Positions 44,767 through 53,371 are shown, numbered from the stretch's first letter. The stretch is DNA of 54,468 nucleotides from a virus (IMGVR_UViG_3300021424_000043:1-54468), one strand, 5' to 3'. Notes: generated by a model not told the origin, from the sequence alone. Translations and numbers: made by a program.

Positions 44767-45410
44767 TCTACTTCATAAGTTTTTATATTTCGTAATGATT
44801 GAATCATCATAGGTTCACTTTTTTCAAATAACTCTGGACTTGATGCTAGTATAAAACTGTTACAACTATATCTTACACCACTATCAATATTTGAAACTTC
44901 ATGCACCCAAAAAGGACCTGCAGGGAAAATAAGAGCATCACCTTGATTCATACGTATTGTATATTTACCGTTCCAAAATTTGAATATGCCACCCTCAAAT
45001 TCATCGTTTAGTTGAAATGTACAACTAGCATAGATAAATGGATTGCCGTCAATATGTGGATGTATCCAACCGCCTGGATTATACTTCATAAGTCTATAAC
45101 GATGACTACATTTTAAATATATTTTTAGTAATGGAATATGAAAACTTTCAAATTTTTCTAGATGCTTTACCCATTCATTTATCATGTACTCAGTTTTATT
45201 GAATAGCAAGTTATAGGTATATGATATAGGTCGTAAGTCTACTTTTGTATATGTTGATACTGTATTAATACCAGTATTGGCATGCATACAACTTTCTTTA
45301 TGTGCTTTTGCTTGTCTTGATTCATATTCATCAATAAGCTTCTTACAATCTTCTTGACTAATTACATTTTTCAAATGTAAAATTTGATTTGTCATATCCA
45401 TATTATTCAA
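44763..45410 (-). CDS. 2OG-Fe(II) oxygenase (prolyl-hydroxylase-like)
   Basis: KY.PGG...PHID, LNDEFEGG.F.F, GDALIFP...HEV..I.SGVRYS. Confidence 0.88.
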   Translation of the reverse strand: MNNMDMTNQILHLKNVISQEDCKKLIDEYESRQAKAHKESCMHANTGINTVSTYTKVDLRPISYTYNLLFNKTEYMINEWVKHLEKFESFHIPLLKIYLKCSHRYRLMKYNPGGWIHPHIDGNPFIYASCTFQLNDEFEGGIFKFWNGKYTIRMNQGDALIFPAGPFWVHEVSNIDSGVRYSCNSFILASSPELFEKSEPMMIQSLRNIKTYEVE

Positions 45411-45603
45411 CCTTTAGACTGAACCAAATCGCATCTGTTTCTTCTTTGAAGCAGAAATCCATATAATCTTTACAAACATTGGTAGTAAATCTATCACCCG
45501 GTAAACCAAAATATTCTATTGCTATAGCGCAAATATCATTCCAATTTTGGTAATAGTTAGTCCAATGTATTCTTACACGGTATTTATTGTTGTCAATAAC
45601 CAC
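45403..45603 (-). CDS. Small hypothetical protein (FKEETDAIWFSLK motif)
   Basis: 66-aa ORF overlapping both neighbours. Confidence 0.6.
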   Translation of the reverse strand: MVIDNNKYRVRIHWTNYYQNWNDICAIAIEYFGLPGDRFTTNVCKDYMDFCFKEETDAIWFSLKVE

Positions 45604-46318
45604 CGGCTTTTAATAAACTTTTAACTTCTTTCAACATATCACTATGACGTTTGAAACGTATAGCCCACTGTTCTGGTTGTATATAGTCTACAATCATTTT
45701 GATTTGTGTCTCATCCAAATTAGACAGGAATTCAGTGCCACTTTCACTTTGATATAACATCCAAGGACTTATTTTGCCCTTAGTTATATTATAACAAATA
45801 CGATTTTTGTTACCATATCTAAAGATATCTTTAGTTTGTATACCATCTTGTTTAGCAAGATCAATAGTTGTTTCAATACTACGTGCAATAGCATCTAGTG
45901 GATCTTCTTCTTTTAAGTATGATATAATAAAATCAGTATAGGACTTATCCTTCGCCCAACGATCAATACTAATCTTATTTTTAATCAAATAATTAGCATA
46001 TCTTCCTACATTGATAACATGTGCATCGATGCAGTAATGTCCAAATTTTACAAAGGCAGAATAATATGCACTCTTTATAAAATCCATATACTGACGTTGC
46101 TTCTTGCCTGCTGTGTTTTTTTTATAAAATTCTAGCCAGGTATTATAGCCAATAATATTACCTTTAAGATCACGTTGTTGATATCTGCGTTTTGTTTCGC
46201 ACATATGTACAATTATACTTGTTTCTCTAGCGAACTCCTTCCCACAGAATTCGCAGACATGTTTAATTACCTGCGTTTTTTTCGTATTCTTGGATTTCTT
46301 CATCAGTAATAAGCTCAT
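45593..46318 (-). CDS. Hypothetical protein with N-terminal C2H2/C2HC-like zinc finger
   Basis: CEFCGKEFARETSIIVHMC; true start may be downstream (e.g. 46303). Confidence 0.65.
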   Translation of the reverse strand: MSLLLMKKSKNTKKTQVIKHVCEFCGKEFARETSIIVHMCETKRRYQQRDLKGNIIGYNTWLEFYKKNTAGKKQRQYMDFIKSAYYSAFVKFGHYCIDAHVINVGRYANYLIKNKISIDRWAKDKSYTDFIISYLKEEDPLDAIARSIETTIDLAKQDGIQTKDIFRYGNKNRICYNITKGKISPWMLYQSESGTEFLSNLDETQIKMIVDYIQPEQWAIRFKRHSDMLKEVKSLLKAGGY

Positions 46319-46844
46319 TTAAAACATTAAGGTCTGTAATTTTCATAGTTGGAAATTTTTCTGCCAAATAACAAGTTCGTTTTTGTTGTTCAATATATAA
46401 CTTAGATATTTCATCTATCAATTTAACATCAACCTTAGGATGTAATTTTGTAAAATATTTTACAACTTCTTCTCTAGTAGCGGGCTTTTTGTATTCAACA
46501 ACTGATTTACTAAGTGTCGGAAGATATTCTCTAAATTGTTTTCCTTTGCCTAGACTGGCTGCACACAAAGTTAGCCATTGTAATTTAGGATTATCCTGCA
46601 TTTTTTCTGCAAACATATGTGTGTTTGCTATACGATTAGTTTGTTTGAGTGCAAGATTTTGGTCTTTGCCTTTAACACTTGACATCCATATTAATAACAT
46701 ATAAGGCTTAAACTTGCGCTTTTGCTCTTCAGTTAAGTTGTCATAATAATTGTAATCCTTATTATCAATGGCGGCTAAAGCCTCGAAGAGGTCAAAATCT
46801 ACATTCGTTAACTTTTCATCAACTGATGTCTTTGTTTTGGACAT
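46263..46844 (-). CDS. Putative clamp-loader small subunit (T4 gp62-like)
   Basis: F.PYML..WMS...N...N.......PKLQW......K..F..Y pattern resembles gp62; replication context. Confidence 0.5.
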   Translation of the reverse strand: MSKTKTSVDEKLTNVDFDLFEALAAIDNKDYNYYDNLTEEQKRKFKPYMLLIWMSSVKGKDQNLALKQTNRIANTHMFAEKMQDNPKLQWLTLCAASLGKGKQFREYLPTLSKSVVEYKKPATREEVVKYFTKLHPKVDVKLIDEISKLYIEQQKRTCYLAEKFPTMKITDLNVLNELITDEEIQEYEKNAGN

Positions 46845-47022
46845 ATTCTTCTACTATAGCACTATACCCATATAATTTCAAGGCATATTCTAAAGCTAGT
46901 TCTTTATCTTCAAATAATAATGGATTAAGTTTAAACTGGCTATCTTCTGTAACCCATAACCAATCATTATACTCACCATGATTATCTAAGGATATTGGAA
47001 CTTTAATACCGTACATCATCAA
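46819..47022 (-). CDS. Hypothetical protein
   Basis: 67-aa ORF coupled to neighbours. Confidence 0.55.
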   Translation of the reverse strand: MMMYGIKVPISLDNHGEYNDWLWVTEDSQFKLNPLLFEDKELALEYALKLYGYSAIVEEYVQNKDIS

Positions 47023-47519
47023 AACACCTGATTATAATCAACAACTTCACAATTTCTACTAATTTCTTTTACAAAATATACACAGGGAGGTTTAGGACTA
47101 TCATTTAATGGTACACATAAGAATTGTCCATTGCGTAGTCTTGGGCTGTACCATGTCACATCATTGTAAATATCTAATATTTCTACTGTTTGAAATGTAG
47201 GACTGAATGCACTAAGTGGATTATATTCGAACGCACTAAAACCTCTATCATTCAGACTACTCAATGGCAGTGTTTCTAAGTCTCCATATTCCTTTTCACC
47301 AATCAATATTTGCCAATCTAATGGCATCTTAATTTTATGCTTACCAATCTTAAGTACAAGTGCTGGACTGTTAAATGATTCTAAAAAGATTAATGGTATG
47401 TAATGATAATCTACACCTTGAGGATTGCTATTGTCCAGTATAGCAAAACGCATGTCATCAATTTCTTCGGGTAGTGTTTCTAAGTTATAGGCTATGTTAT
47501 CTAATGTTAATATACGCAT
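47019..47519 (-). CDS. Hypothetical protein, possible stand-alone Hint-fold domain
   Basis: 166 aa; beta-strand pattern resembles Hint blocks; own sigma70 promoter. Confidence 0.6.
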   Translation of the reverse strand: MRILTLDNIAYNLETLPEEIDDMRFAILDNSNPQGVDYHYIPLIFLESFNSPALVLKIGKHKIKMPLDWQILIGEKEYGDLETLPLSSLNDRGFSAFEYNPLSAFSPTFQTVEILDIYNDVTWYSPRLRNGQFLCVPLNDSPKPPCVYFVKEISRNCEVVDYNQVF

Positions 47520-47525
47520 GTTCTA

Positions 47526-47554
47526 ATTTTACTACTATATAAATCAATAGTCAA
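47526..47554 (-). promoter_or_regulatory. Sigma70 promoter TTGACT-17-TAAAAT, ATG 6 nt downstream
   Basis: -35 at 47549-47554, -10 at 47526-47531. Confidence 0.7.
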
Positions 47555-48998
47555 GTTTCTCCAATGTAAATGGATACTTTGCTTCCTTATAAAATGCTTT
47601 TCTTTGTGTCAAATGACGTTTGGCAAATTTACAATCGCTTGTAATATCCCAAATCTCTACATGATCCTTGTCTTCCGCTTTTCTAATACCGCGTCCAATC
47701 GATTGGATAACTCTGACAAATGACTTGCCGGGCTCAATAAGAACAAGATTGAAAATGCGAGGGATATTAATACCCACAGCAGCAACTCCATAAGTGGCAA
47801 CAATAACTTTAGTATTGCTAGTCTTAATTTCATCATATTCTTCTTTACGCTCCATTAGTTTTGTCTCGCCTGAGATGAATACACTATCATCTATACGTGA
47901 TTGTAATTCGCGTCCTGCATTGACACGATCAACAAGTACTAGTGTATTACCACTATCTTTAATTTTGTTAATTAACTGGCCAATTTTGTCTAGGCGCTCA
48001 CTATGCTCTAACAAATATTTGAGTTCGCTTTGATAATTGGTAAACTCTACACCATCTTTTAATTGAACTATGTTCACATGACATTGTGCTAACACACCTT
48101 TTTCTTGTAATTCAGCCGCGCTAAGTTTTCCTATTACAGGTCCCAGACTTACAAGTAAACTAATTTGCTCATACATGGCTTTAGGTATAGTGCCTGTCAA
48201 CCCCCAGCGTATAGGTATTTGACTAAATGGGCCTGTAAGTAAGGACTTTAACGCATCAGCCTTAGCCATATGTACTTCATCTACCATTACACAAACAACA
48301 TCCTCGATAAACTCTTTGATACTGACTTCTGCTTCGCCTGCTTTAGTATTCTTTAACATATTGTTAAGGCTTTGCCAAGTACAGATCGTATGCTGCTTGT
48401 TATATTCTTTTCTATCTCCAAAGTACACACCAACATCTAAGCCTAGATTGATGTAGTCTGCTTCAGTTTGCACTACAAGGCTTTTATTTGGAACTATCAC
48501 TATGCTGCGTCCATAATGCTCAACGCTTTTTGATAGAGCCGCTGTCATTATAGTCTTACCTGCACCTGTGGCTACCTCTTGAATACACTGAGTGTTATTT
48601 AAAAAGTTATTGATAATTTCTACCTGATAATCACGAAGGACGATTGGTTCGCCTTGTTGCGTATGACCTTTAGTCCAAACCTTATTGCTAAAACTATCTT
48701 CTTTAATCTGATCAAAACTATATGATGTTTGATACTCGCGTAGGTCTACAAGATCAATATCGTAATCATATTCTTGTAGTATGGGTACAACATCTGGTAT
48801 TAAATTTATATATGTACTGCCTGCCAAACTACAATAACTTACCTTTCCGTTCCATCTACCAAGACGGACTGCGGGTAGATAACGTGCGCCCGGAATTTCA
48901 TGTTCAAATTTACGCATCAATGCCTTACGGCAGTCCAACTCAAGACCTTCTATCTTGCAGTTGACTTCATCTTTGATAATTATTTTCGCTGTTCTCAT
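47544..48998 (-). CDS. uvsW: SF2 DNA helicase UvsW
   Basis: LRDYQ, ATGAGKT, DEVH, GLTGT, GINIPRI, QSIGRGIR. Confidence 0.93.
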   Translation of the reverse strand: MRTAKIIIKDEVNCKIEGLELDCRKALMRKFEHEIPGARYLPAVRLGRWNGKVSYCSLAGSTYINLIPDVVPILQEYDYDIDLVDLREYQTSYSFDQIKEDSFSNKVWTKGHTQQGEPIVLRDYQVEIINNFLNNTQCIQEVATGAGKTIMTAALSKSVEHYGRSIVIVPNKSLVVQTEADYINLGLDVGVYFGDRKEYNKQHTICTWQSLNNMLKNTKAGEAEVSIKEFIEDVVCVMVDEVHMAKADALKSLLTGPFSQIPIRWGLTGTIPKAMYEQISLLVSLGPVIGKLSAAELQEKGVLAQCHVNIVQLKDGVEFTNYQSELKYLLEHSERLDKIGQLINKIKDSGNTLVLVDRVNAGRELQSRIDDSVFISGETKLMERKEEYDEIKTSNTKVIVATYGVAAVGINIPRIFNLVLIEPGKSFVRVIQSIGRGIRKAEDKDHVEIWDITSDCKFAKRHLTQRKAFYKEAKYPFTLEKLDY

Positions 48999-49152
48999 GG
49001 TATAATTCTATTACACATCTTTCGCATAAACAATCAGTATATTGTTCAGTTTTATCCAATCTAATATAAGGCTGGTCAAAACACCAACAATCGTACCCTG
49101 AACCATTACATATAAATTTAGTCCTACATTTCTCGCAAATTAACTCTCTCAT
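48967..49152 (-). CDS. Cysteine-rich CWC family protein
   Basis: CEKC...FIC......CWC...DCLCERC. Confidence 0.75.
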   Translation of the reverse strand: MRELICEKCRTKFICNGSGYDCWCFDQPYIRLDKTEQYTDCLCERCVIELYHENSENNYQR

Positions 49153-50126
49153 TTTACGTATACAGGTCTAGAATTTTTTATTAATATAACTTTACACGCT
49201 CTGCCCGGATTCCAAACAGCGGGGTTATTTTTAAAAGTTAGTATTATTTGGAAATCATTAGAATCGCTATCACTCGGTATTGAAACTTCTATGTCCGATA
49301 ATTTAAATTTATTCACTATCTCTTTGTAAAGAGTATTTCTATATAACACATGCCCTTCAATAAGTATTTTTTTGATGTTTAGGTTATGTAGATAATTTAT
49401 TAGTATATCAATTTCATCAATATCAATATCATAAATTTGTGAGGTAGCAAATTTTTGCTCCTCATTTACAACTAGATCATCGTCAATTTTAATTCCATAC
49501 TTACTTAAAAAGAATATTGTTTGTGAATCATCACTAAGTTTAGTTGGTAAAACATTATAAAGTGGTTCGTTAAGTGCTGCAATATAAAAGTTATTGCCCA
49601 CTTTTACAAGAGTAGGATCCCAGTAACAGTTTTCATATTTTTTAATATCGATTAACAAATCTTGTATATTTTTACTACATACCACATCTTCAAAGTTTTT
49701 ATAAACTAAATCTAATGTATGTTTTAAATTAAATGTATTATAATCAGCCGTATAACATTTACGTTTTTTATTCCATATCAAATCACTACGACTTTTTTGT
49801 AATGCTGAGATAAATTTCTTACTAAAAGGATTTCTAACAGTAATTTCTTTATTAGTAACATTAATATAAGTTTTACGATATTCGGCTAATGTTTCAAGTA
49901 ATGGATTTTTCCAAGATAAATTTTTTAGACTTTGTATATCCAAATTGTTATTGCGTAATTGCTTTTGGTACTTGTCTATCAATTTATCCAATAGTTTATT
50001 CTGCCCGGTCGTGACATTACGCTCAACGGCAATTTTGGCAAGATTACTAAAGAACAAATAATCTTGCTTACTTACATGAATGTGTCCTTGAGTTAGATAA
50101 TCTACAAGGTCATCTTTTAATAGCAT
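49149..50126 (-). CDS. Hypothetical protein
   Basis: 325-aa AT-rich ORF; promoter TTTACA-17-TAAAAT at 50134-50162. Confidence 0.7.
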   Translation of the reverse strand: MLLKDDLVDYLTQGHIHVSKQDYLFFSNLAKIAVERNVTTGQNKLLDKLIDKYQKQLRNNNLDIQSLKNLSWKNPLLETLAEYRKTYINVTNKEITVRNPFSKKFISALQKSRSDLIWNKKRKCYTADYNTFNLKHTLDLVYKNFEDVVCSKNIQDLLIDIKKYENCYWDPTLVKVGNNFYIAALNEPLYNVLPTKLSDDSQTIFFLSKYGIKIDDDLVVNEEQKFATSQIYDIDIDEIDILINYLHNLNIKKILIEGHVLYRNTLYKEIVNKFKLSDIEVSIPSDSDSNDFQIILTFKNNPAVWNPGRACKVILIKNSRPVYVK

Positions 50127-50159
50127 ATCGTATATTTTACTATTATTTTATTTTGTTGT

Positions 50160-50187
50160 AAAGGAAAGAGGGTCATTACGACCCTCT
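50160..50187 (-). terminator. Terminator after the ATPase gene
   Basis: 8-bp stem agagggtc/gaccctct followed by UUCCUUU. Confidence 0.7.
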
Positions 50188-50209
50188 CGCCTCAGCGGGT
50201 AACGGAGTA

Positions 50210-51241
50210 TCAAGCCCGCTTCATAACAGTATTCTCAGCCAACATTCGCCAGTTAGCCGGGCTAATCTTAACAAGATCAGCAATCTTAAGAGCCATACGC
50301 ATACTCAGTTCACGCAACTTTGCCTTGTTATCCCACATAAACTGCATGACCTGATCTGCCTCGCCATATTCAAAACTGTAGTCACGGAACAGGCCGCCAT
50401 CAGTATCACGATGCACCTGCTTGATACGCAACAATTTGTCACGATCGGTGTCAATTGTTAAGTCAAGAAAGTGACAACGACTCTGAAGTGCCTCAAGATG
50501 ATCCTGCAACTTTTTGCTTCTAATATGATCAAACTTAATGTTAGTGATAAAGATAGCCGAACCGTTGAAGTCAAACGCATCGGGTATGCCTTCACGCCTT
50601 AACATACTACTGTCACTATTCCAGTAAATACGCCGCTTTTTGCCACTATCAAGAGCAGCCTTGAGAATGTTGAGCGAGAGATCGTCCATCAACACACTGT
50701 CACAGTCATCGAACACTAGTACGTGATTTTTGTCACTATGCTTGAACAGTGTAGCATAGAGACCAAGTGCTGTCATAGCACCCTTGACGACCTCATACTT
50801 TAGAGTCTTACCTGCTATACGATCAAACATACTAGCCTTTTCTAACTGCTGCTCAACTCCAAAACTCTTGCCAACGCCGGGAGGGCCACTCACAATCATA
50901 GCACGTATGCCACCGTTCGTAGTAGCACGTGCCATTTCATCAAGAATCGCAAAGCGGGTAGCAATACGATTCATAGCCTCGTCATCAGATTCCTGAACGA
51001 CAGTAGCAGCGGGAACAAACTGACTAATATTTGCAGGGGCAGCACCGCCCACAAATTCATAGTCATGCTGATCCGTAACCTTGATACGAATGAGTGAACT
51101 CTGATTAGGGAACAGACCACCGTTTTCAACAGTAATCCACTTACCCGTCTTGCCACTCTGAAGTCCCTTTACCAACTTGAACTGGGTATTAATCACAGGG
51201 ACCTTGCGATACGACCCATTCTTAACAAGAACAACTGACAT
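50210..51241 (-). CDS. Early P-loop (AAA+-like) ATPase
   Basis: Walker A GPPGVGKS, Walker B VLVFDDCD, IFITN sensor, ALQSR arginine finger. Confidence 0.85.
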   Translation of the reverse strand: MSVVLVKNGSYRKVPVINTQFKLVKGLQSGKTGKWITVENGGLFPNQSSLIRIKVTDQHDYEFVGGAAPANISQFVPAATVVQESDDEAMNRIATRFAILDEMARATTNGGIRAMIVSGPPGVGKSFGVEQQLEKASMFDRIAGKTLKYEVVKGAMTALGLYATLFKHSDKNHVLVFDDCDSVLMDDLSLNILKAALDSGKKRRIYWNSDSSMLRREGIPDAFDFNGSAIFITNIKFDHIRSKKLQDHLEALQSRCHFLDLTIDTDRDKLLRIKQVHRDTDGGLFRDYSFEYGEADQVMQFMWDNKAKLRELSMRMALKIADLVKISPANWRMLAENTVMKRA

Positions 51242-51274
51242 AAAATACTCCGTTAATAATCAATCAACTATACT

Positions 51275-51334
51275 AGTATACGAAAAATCGTACCCTAGGT
51301 CAAGAACTATAAATCCAACAAAATCAACGACTTA
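51275..51334 (-). promoter_or_regulatory. Early promoter cassette TTGACC-17-TATACT with IHF-consensus box (51322-51334)
   Basis: -10 at 51275-51280, -35 at 51298-51303; AATCAACGACTTA; repeated at 51954-52013. Confidence 0.75.
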
Positions 51335-51524
51335 GAATCTCTGTAAGTCTTTGATTTATAAGATCCATTTCAGCCTGCTCAACATAGAAGTCTGTTGTAG
51401 GATCGTAGTACTGCCCTGCTTTGGTATCGTAGTACAGTGTACGACCACTGAAGTCAAACGGACCTTCAAGACCCTTGCGTGGACCATATTTCTGCTCACG
51501 CAGGGGAAGTGTACGATAGCCCAT
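51324..51524 (-). CDS. Small early protein (GLEGPF...LYYD.KAGQYYDP.TDFYV)
   Basis: ATG 51524 directly follows the upstream stop; preferred over the ORF-track start. Confidence 0.7.
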   Translation of the reverse strand: MGYRTLPLREQKYGPRKGLEGPFDFSGRTLYYDTKAGQYYDPTTDFYVEQAEMDLINQRLTEILSR

Positions 51525-51525
51525 A

Positions 51526-51732
51526 TTAGCCCCAATCCTTGAAGTTACCAGATGCTTGATTATCTCTGTAGCCCCTAGCATATTCCTCACACTCCTGAAG
51601 GGTCATGCGGTCCTGACCAATTTCTTCAGAATTGTAAGTATCACCCACAAAGTAGTGGGGGCGAAAACCACGCTGATAATAACTATCAGCTGCTCCGCGA
51701 TCATAGGGACCGCCGTGACGCTTATTGACCAT
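51526..51732 (-). CDS. Small early protein (HGGPYDRGAADSYY...KDWG)
   Basis: ATG 51732 with GGAG SD. Confidence 0.7.
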   Translation of the reverse strand: MVNKRHGGPYDRGAADSYYQRGFRPHYFVGDTYNSEEIGQDRMTLQECEEYARGYRDNQASGNFKDWG

Positions 51733-51925
51733 TTGACAACTCCATATAAACAGCCTCGCGGACATCAGTATCCGTAGCCTCTTCAAACCCATCAAGTGTA
51801 CTCAGATCATAGAGTAAGTCCATGACTTGGTCCCAGTCAAGTTCCGCTCGTTTTGCGGTCTCAACCACGCCCATTATCAGAGCATTACCTGCGTCTGTGA
51901 ACATACCATAATACTTGATAGACAT
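51722..51925 (-). CDS. Small early protein (YGMFT..GN...EATDT.VRE.VY)
   Basis: ATG 51925 with ACGGAG SD, first gene after the promoter. Confidence 0.7.
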   Translation of the reverse strand: MSIKYYGMFTDAGNALIMGVVETAKRAELDWDQVMDLLYDLSTLDGFEEATDTDVREAVYMELSNGQ

Positions 51926-51953
51926 AAAAACTCCGTGAATCAACTGTATAGAT

Positions 51954-52013
51954 AGTATGCGCCCAAACTAGGCCTAAATCAAGAACTATAATTCCAATAG
52001 AATCAATAACTTA
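51954..52013 (-). promoter_or_regulatory. Early promoter cassette TTGATT-17-CATACT with IHF-consensus box (52001-52013)
   Basis: Shares caagaactata.....AATCAA..ACTTA with the 51275 cassette. Confidence 0.7.
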
Positions 52014-52111
52014 CGTAGCCGTCTAGAACCTAATAGGCCTGGATATAAGCGGGTCTGCTTAAATGTATAGCAATATAGCACTATACGCTGCTCTGGGGCT
52101 TTAAGACGATA

Positions 52112-52324
52112 CTATTTCTTTAATTCATCAATTATTCTATTTTGTTCGTATTCCAATTGACTTACGCGAATATTAAACAAACAATACAAGATATAGGCTG
52201 CTACAATGCCAGTATATATTATGAAGCCATACTTAGGCGAAAGATATTCAAGTCCGTAGGCTATACCTGCCATTATACCTATAGCCATAGTAATTTGTAA
52301 AAAAGCCTTGGTGCGAATTTTCAT
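52112..52324 (-). CDS. Small membrane protein with two hydrophobic segments
   Basis: ATG 52324 with GGAGAGG SD; two hydrophobic stretches. Confidence 0.65.
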   Translation of the reverse strand: MKIRTKAFLQITMAIGIMAGIAYGLEYLSPKYGFIIYTGIVAAYILYCLFNIRVSQLEYEQNRIIDELKK

Positions 52325-52397
52325 TAACCTCTCCTTAAATTTATCACAAGATGTAGTGTACACAGGTCTATATATTGTGTCAAACTTTATTAGCCCA

Positions 52398-52652
52398 TTA
52401 CTGATAACGTAGTGTGTAGAGTTTATCCATTTCGCCACGAAATGTTTTTATACTATCACAAATAGCATAAGGTATATTATCAATTTTTAATTTTATAAAA
52501 GTAGAATTGTATATACAAACTTCTACATCACTGCCTTGATATACAAAATTTATAATAGTTGCGTATGAATTTATAAATATTTTTGGTTTACTATCTAGGT
52601 AGTAGTTTTGTGTTGTAAGGTAGGCGTTGATTAAATGCACCACCTGTGTCAT
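52398..52652 (-). CDS. Hypothetical protein
   Basis: ATG overlaps the uvsY stop (TGATG). Confidence 0.55.
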   Translation of the reverse strand: MTQVVHLINAYLTTQNYYLDSKPKIFINSYATIINFVYQGSDVEVCIYNSTFIKLKIDNIPYAICDSIKTFRGEMDKLYTLRYQ

Positions 52653-53110
52653 CAGGAGACCGTAACGTCTTCCATACCCGCAGTACGCAGGCGAACGATA
52701 TGGCCTAGTTGCCATTGCTTGCTATCAAGACCCTTCATAATGCCAAGCCACTTGTTACGCAAAAGTGCTACCTCGTTGATTAGAACTTCAAAGTCAATAA
52801 CTTCATCTTCGCCGTCCACATACTTTTCAGCATCACGGCTTGTTAGGGCCCTATTATATCCTTCTAAATATTTCTGAAAGTATTTACGTCTTAACTTACG
52901 TAATTGTATGTTAAGATAATTCAATACTGCCTCAATCTCTTGTAATTGATTGAAGCGTTCTTCTGTGATACCGGGTAAGTTTGAGATATTTTTCTCTACC
53001 CTTCCACCTACACGGCAATCATATTTTGCTTGTAATAGTTCTGCTTCATAATGACTTATGAAGTCGGGGATTACACTTAAATCAGTTGTGATTCTGGTAT
53101 ACCAGTTCAT
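52652..53110 (-). CDS. uvsY: Recombination mediator UvsY
   Basis: Helical; KYLEGY...L..RDAEKYVDGE...IMKGLDSKQWQL...RL..AG; in the uvsX operon. Confidence 0.8.
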   Translation of the reverse strand: MNWYTRITTDLSVIPDFISHYEAELLQAKYDCRVGGRVEKNISNLPGITEERFNQLQEIEAVLNYLNIQLRKLRRKYFQKYLEGYNRALTSRDAEKYVDGEDEVIDFEVLINEVALLRNKWLGIMKGLDSKQWQLGHIVRLRTAGMEDVTVS

Positions 53111-53113
53111 TCA

Positions 53114-53371
53114 TCACCAATTATCGTCGTAATCCTCATCTTCCTCTTCTTCCTCTTCGTACTCGTCCTCTTCCTCTTCCTGTGATGCGACATACGCTTT
53201 TATAGCATCCATTACATCACTATCTCTACGAAACTCTGCCTTGATATCGCTTGCTTCATAATCATTTTGAATAAGAACATCTACAAGTGATTCCGCAGCA
53301 TCTGGAAGATTCGTTTCATCAATTTCGCTTTTAACAGCACGCCATACTTCAGCTACAACTGTAATACTCAT
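53114..53371 (-). CDS. Small, very acidic protein
   Basis: C-terminal EEEEDEYEEEEEEDEDYDDNW; lies between uvsX and uvsY. Confidence 0.7.
   Translation of the reverse strand: MSITVVAEVWRAVKSEIDETNLPDAAESLVDVLIQNDYEASDIKAEFRRDSDVMDAIKAYVASQEEEEDEYEEEEEEDEDYDDNW

Noticed and set aside
44763-45410. Oxygenase as a collagen prolyl-4-hydroxylase for the fibres
   Set aside because: Fibre prolines are mostly in the X position (Gly-Pro-Thr), not the Y position that P4H modifies; no direct support
52018-52110. tRNA gene
   Set aside because: No T-loop GTTC-A consensus in a cloverleaf context and no acceptor-stem geometry on either strand
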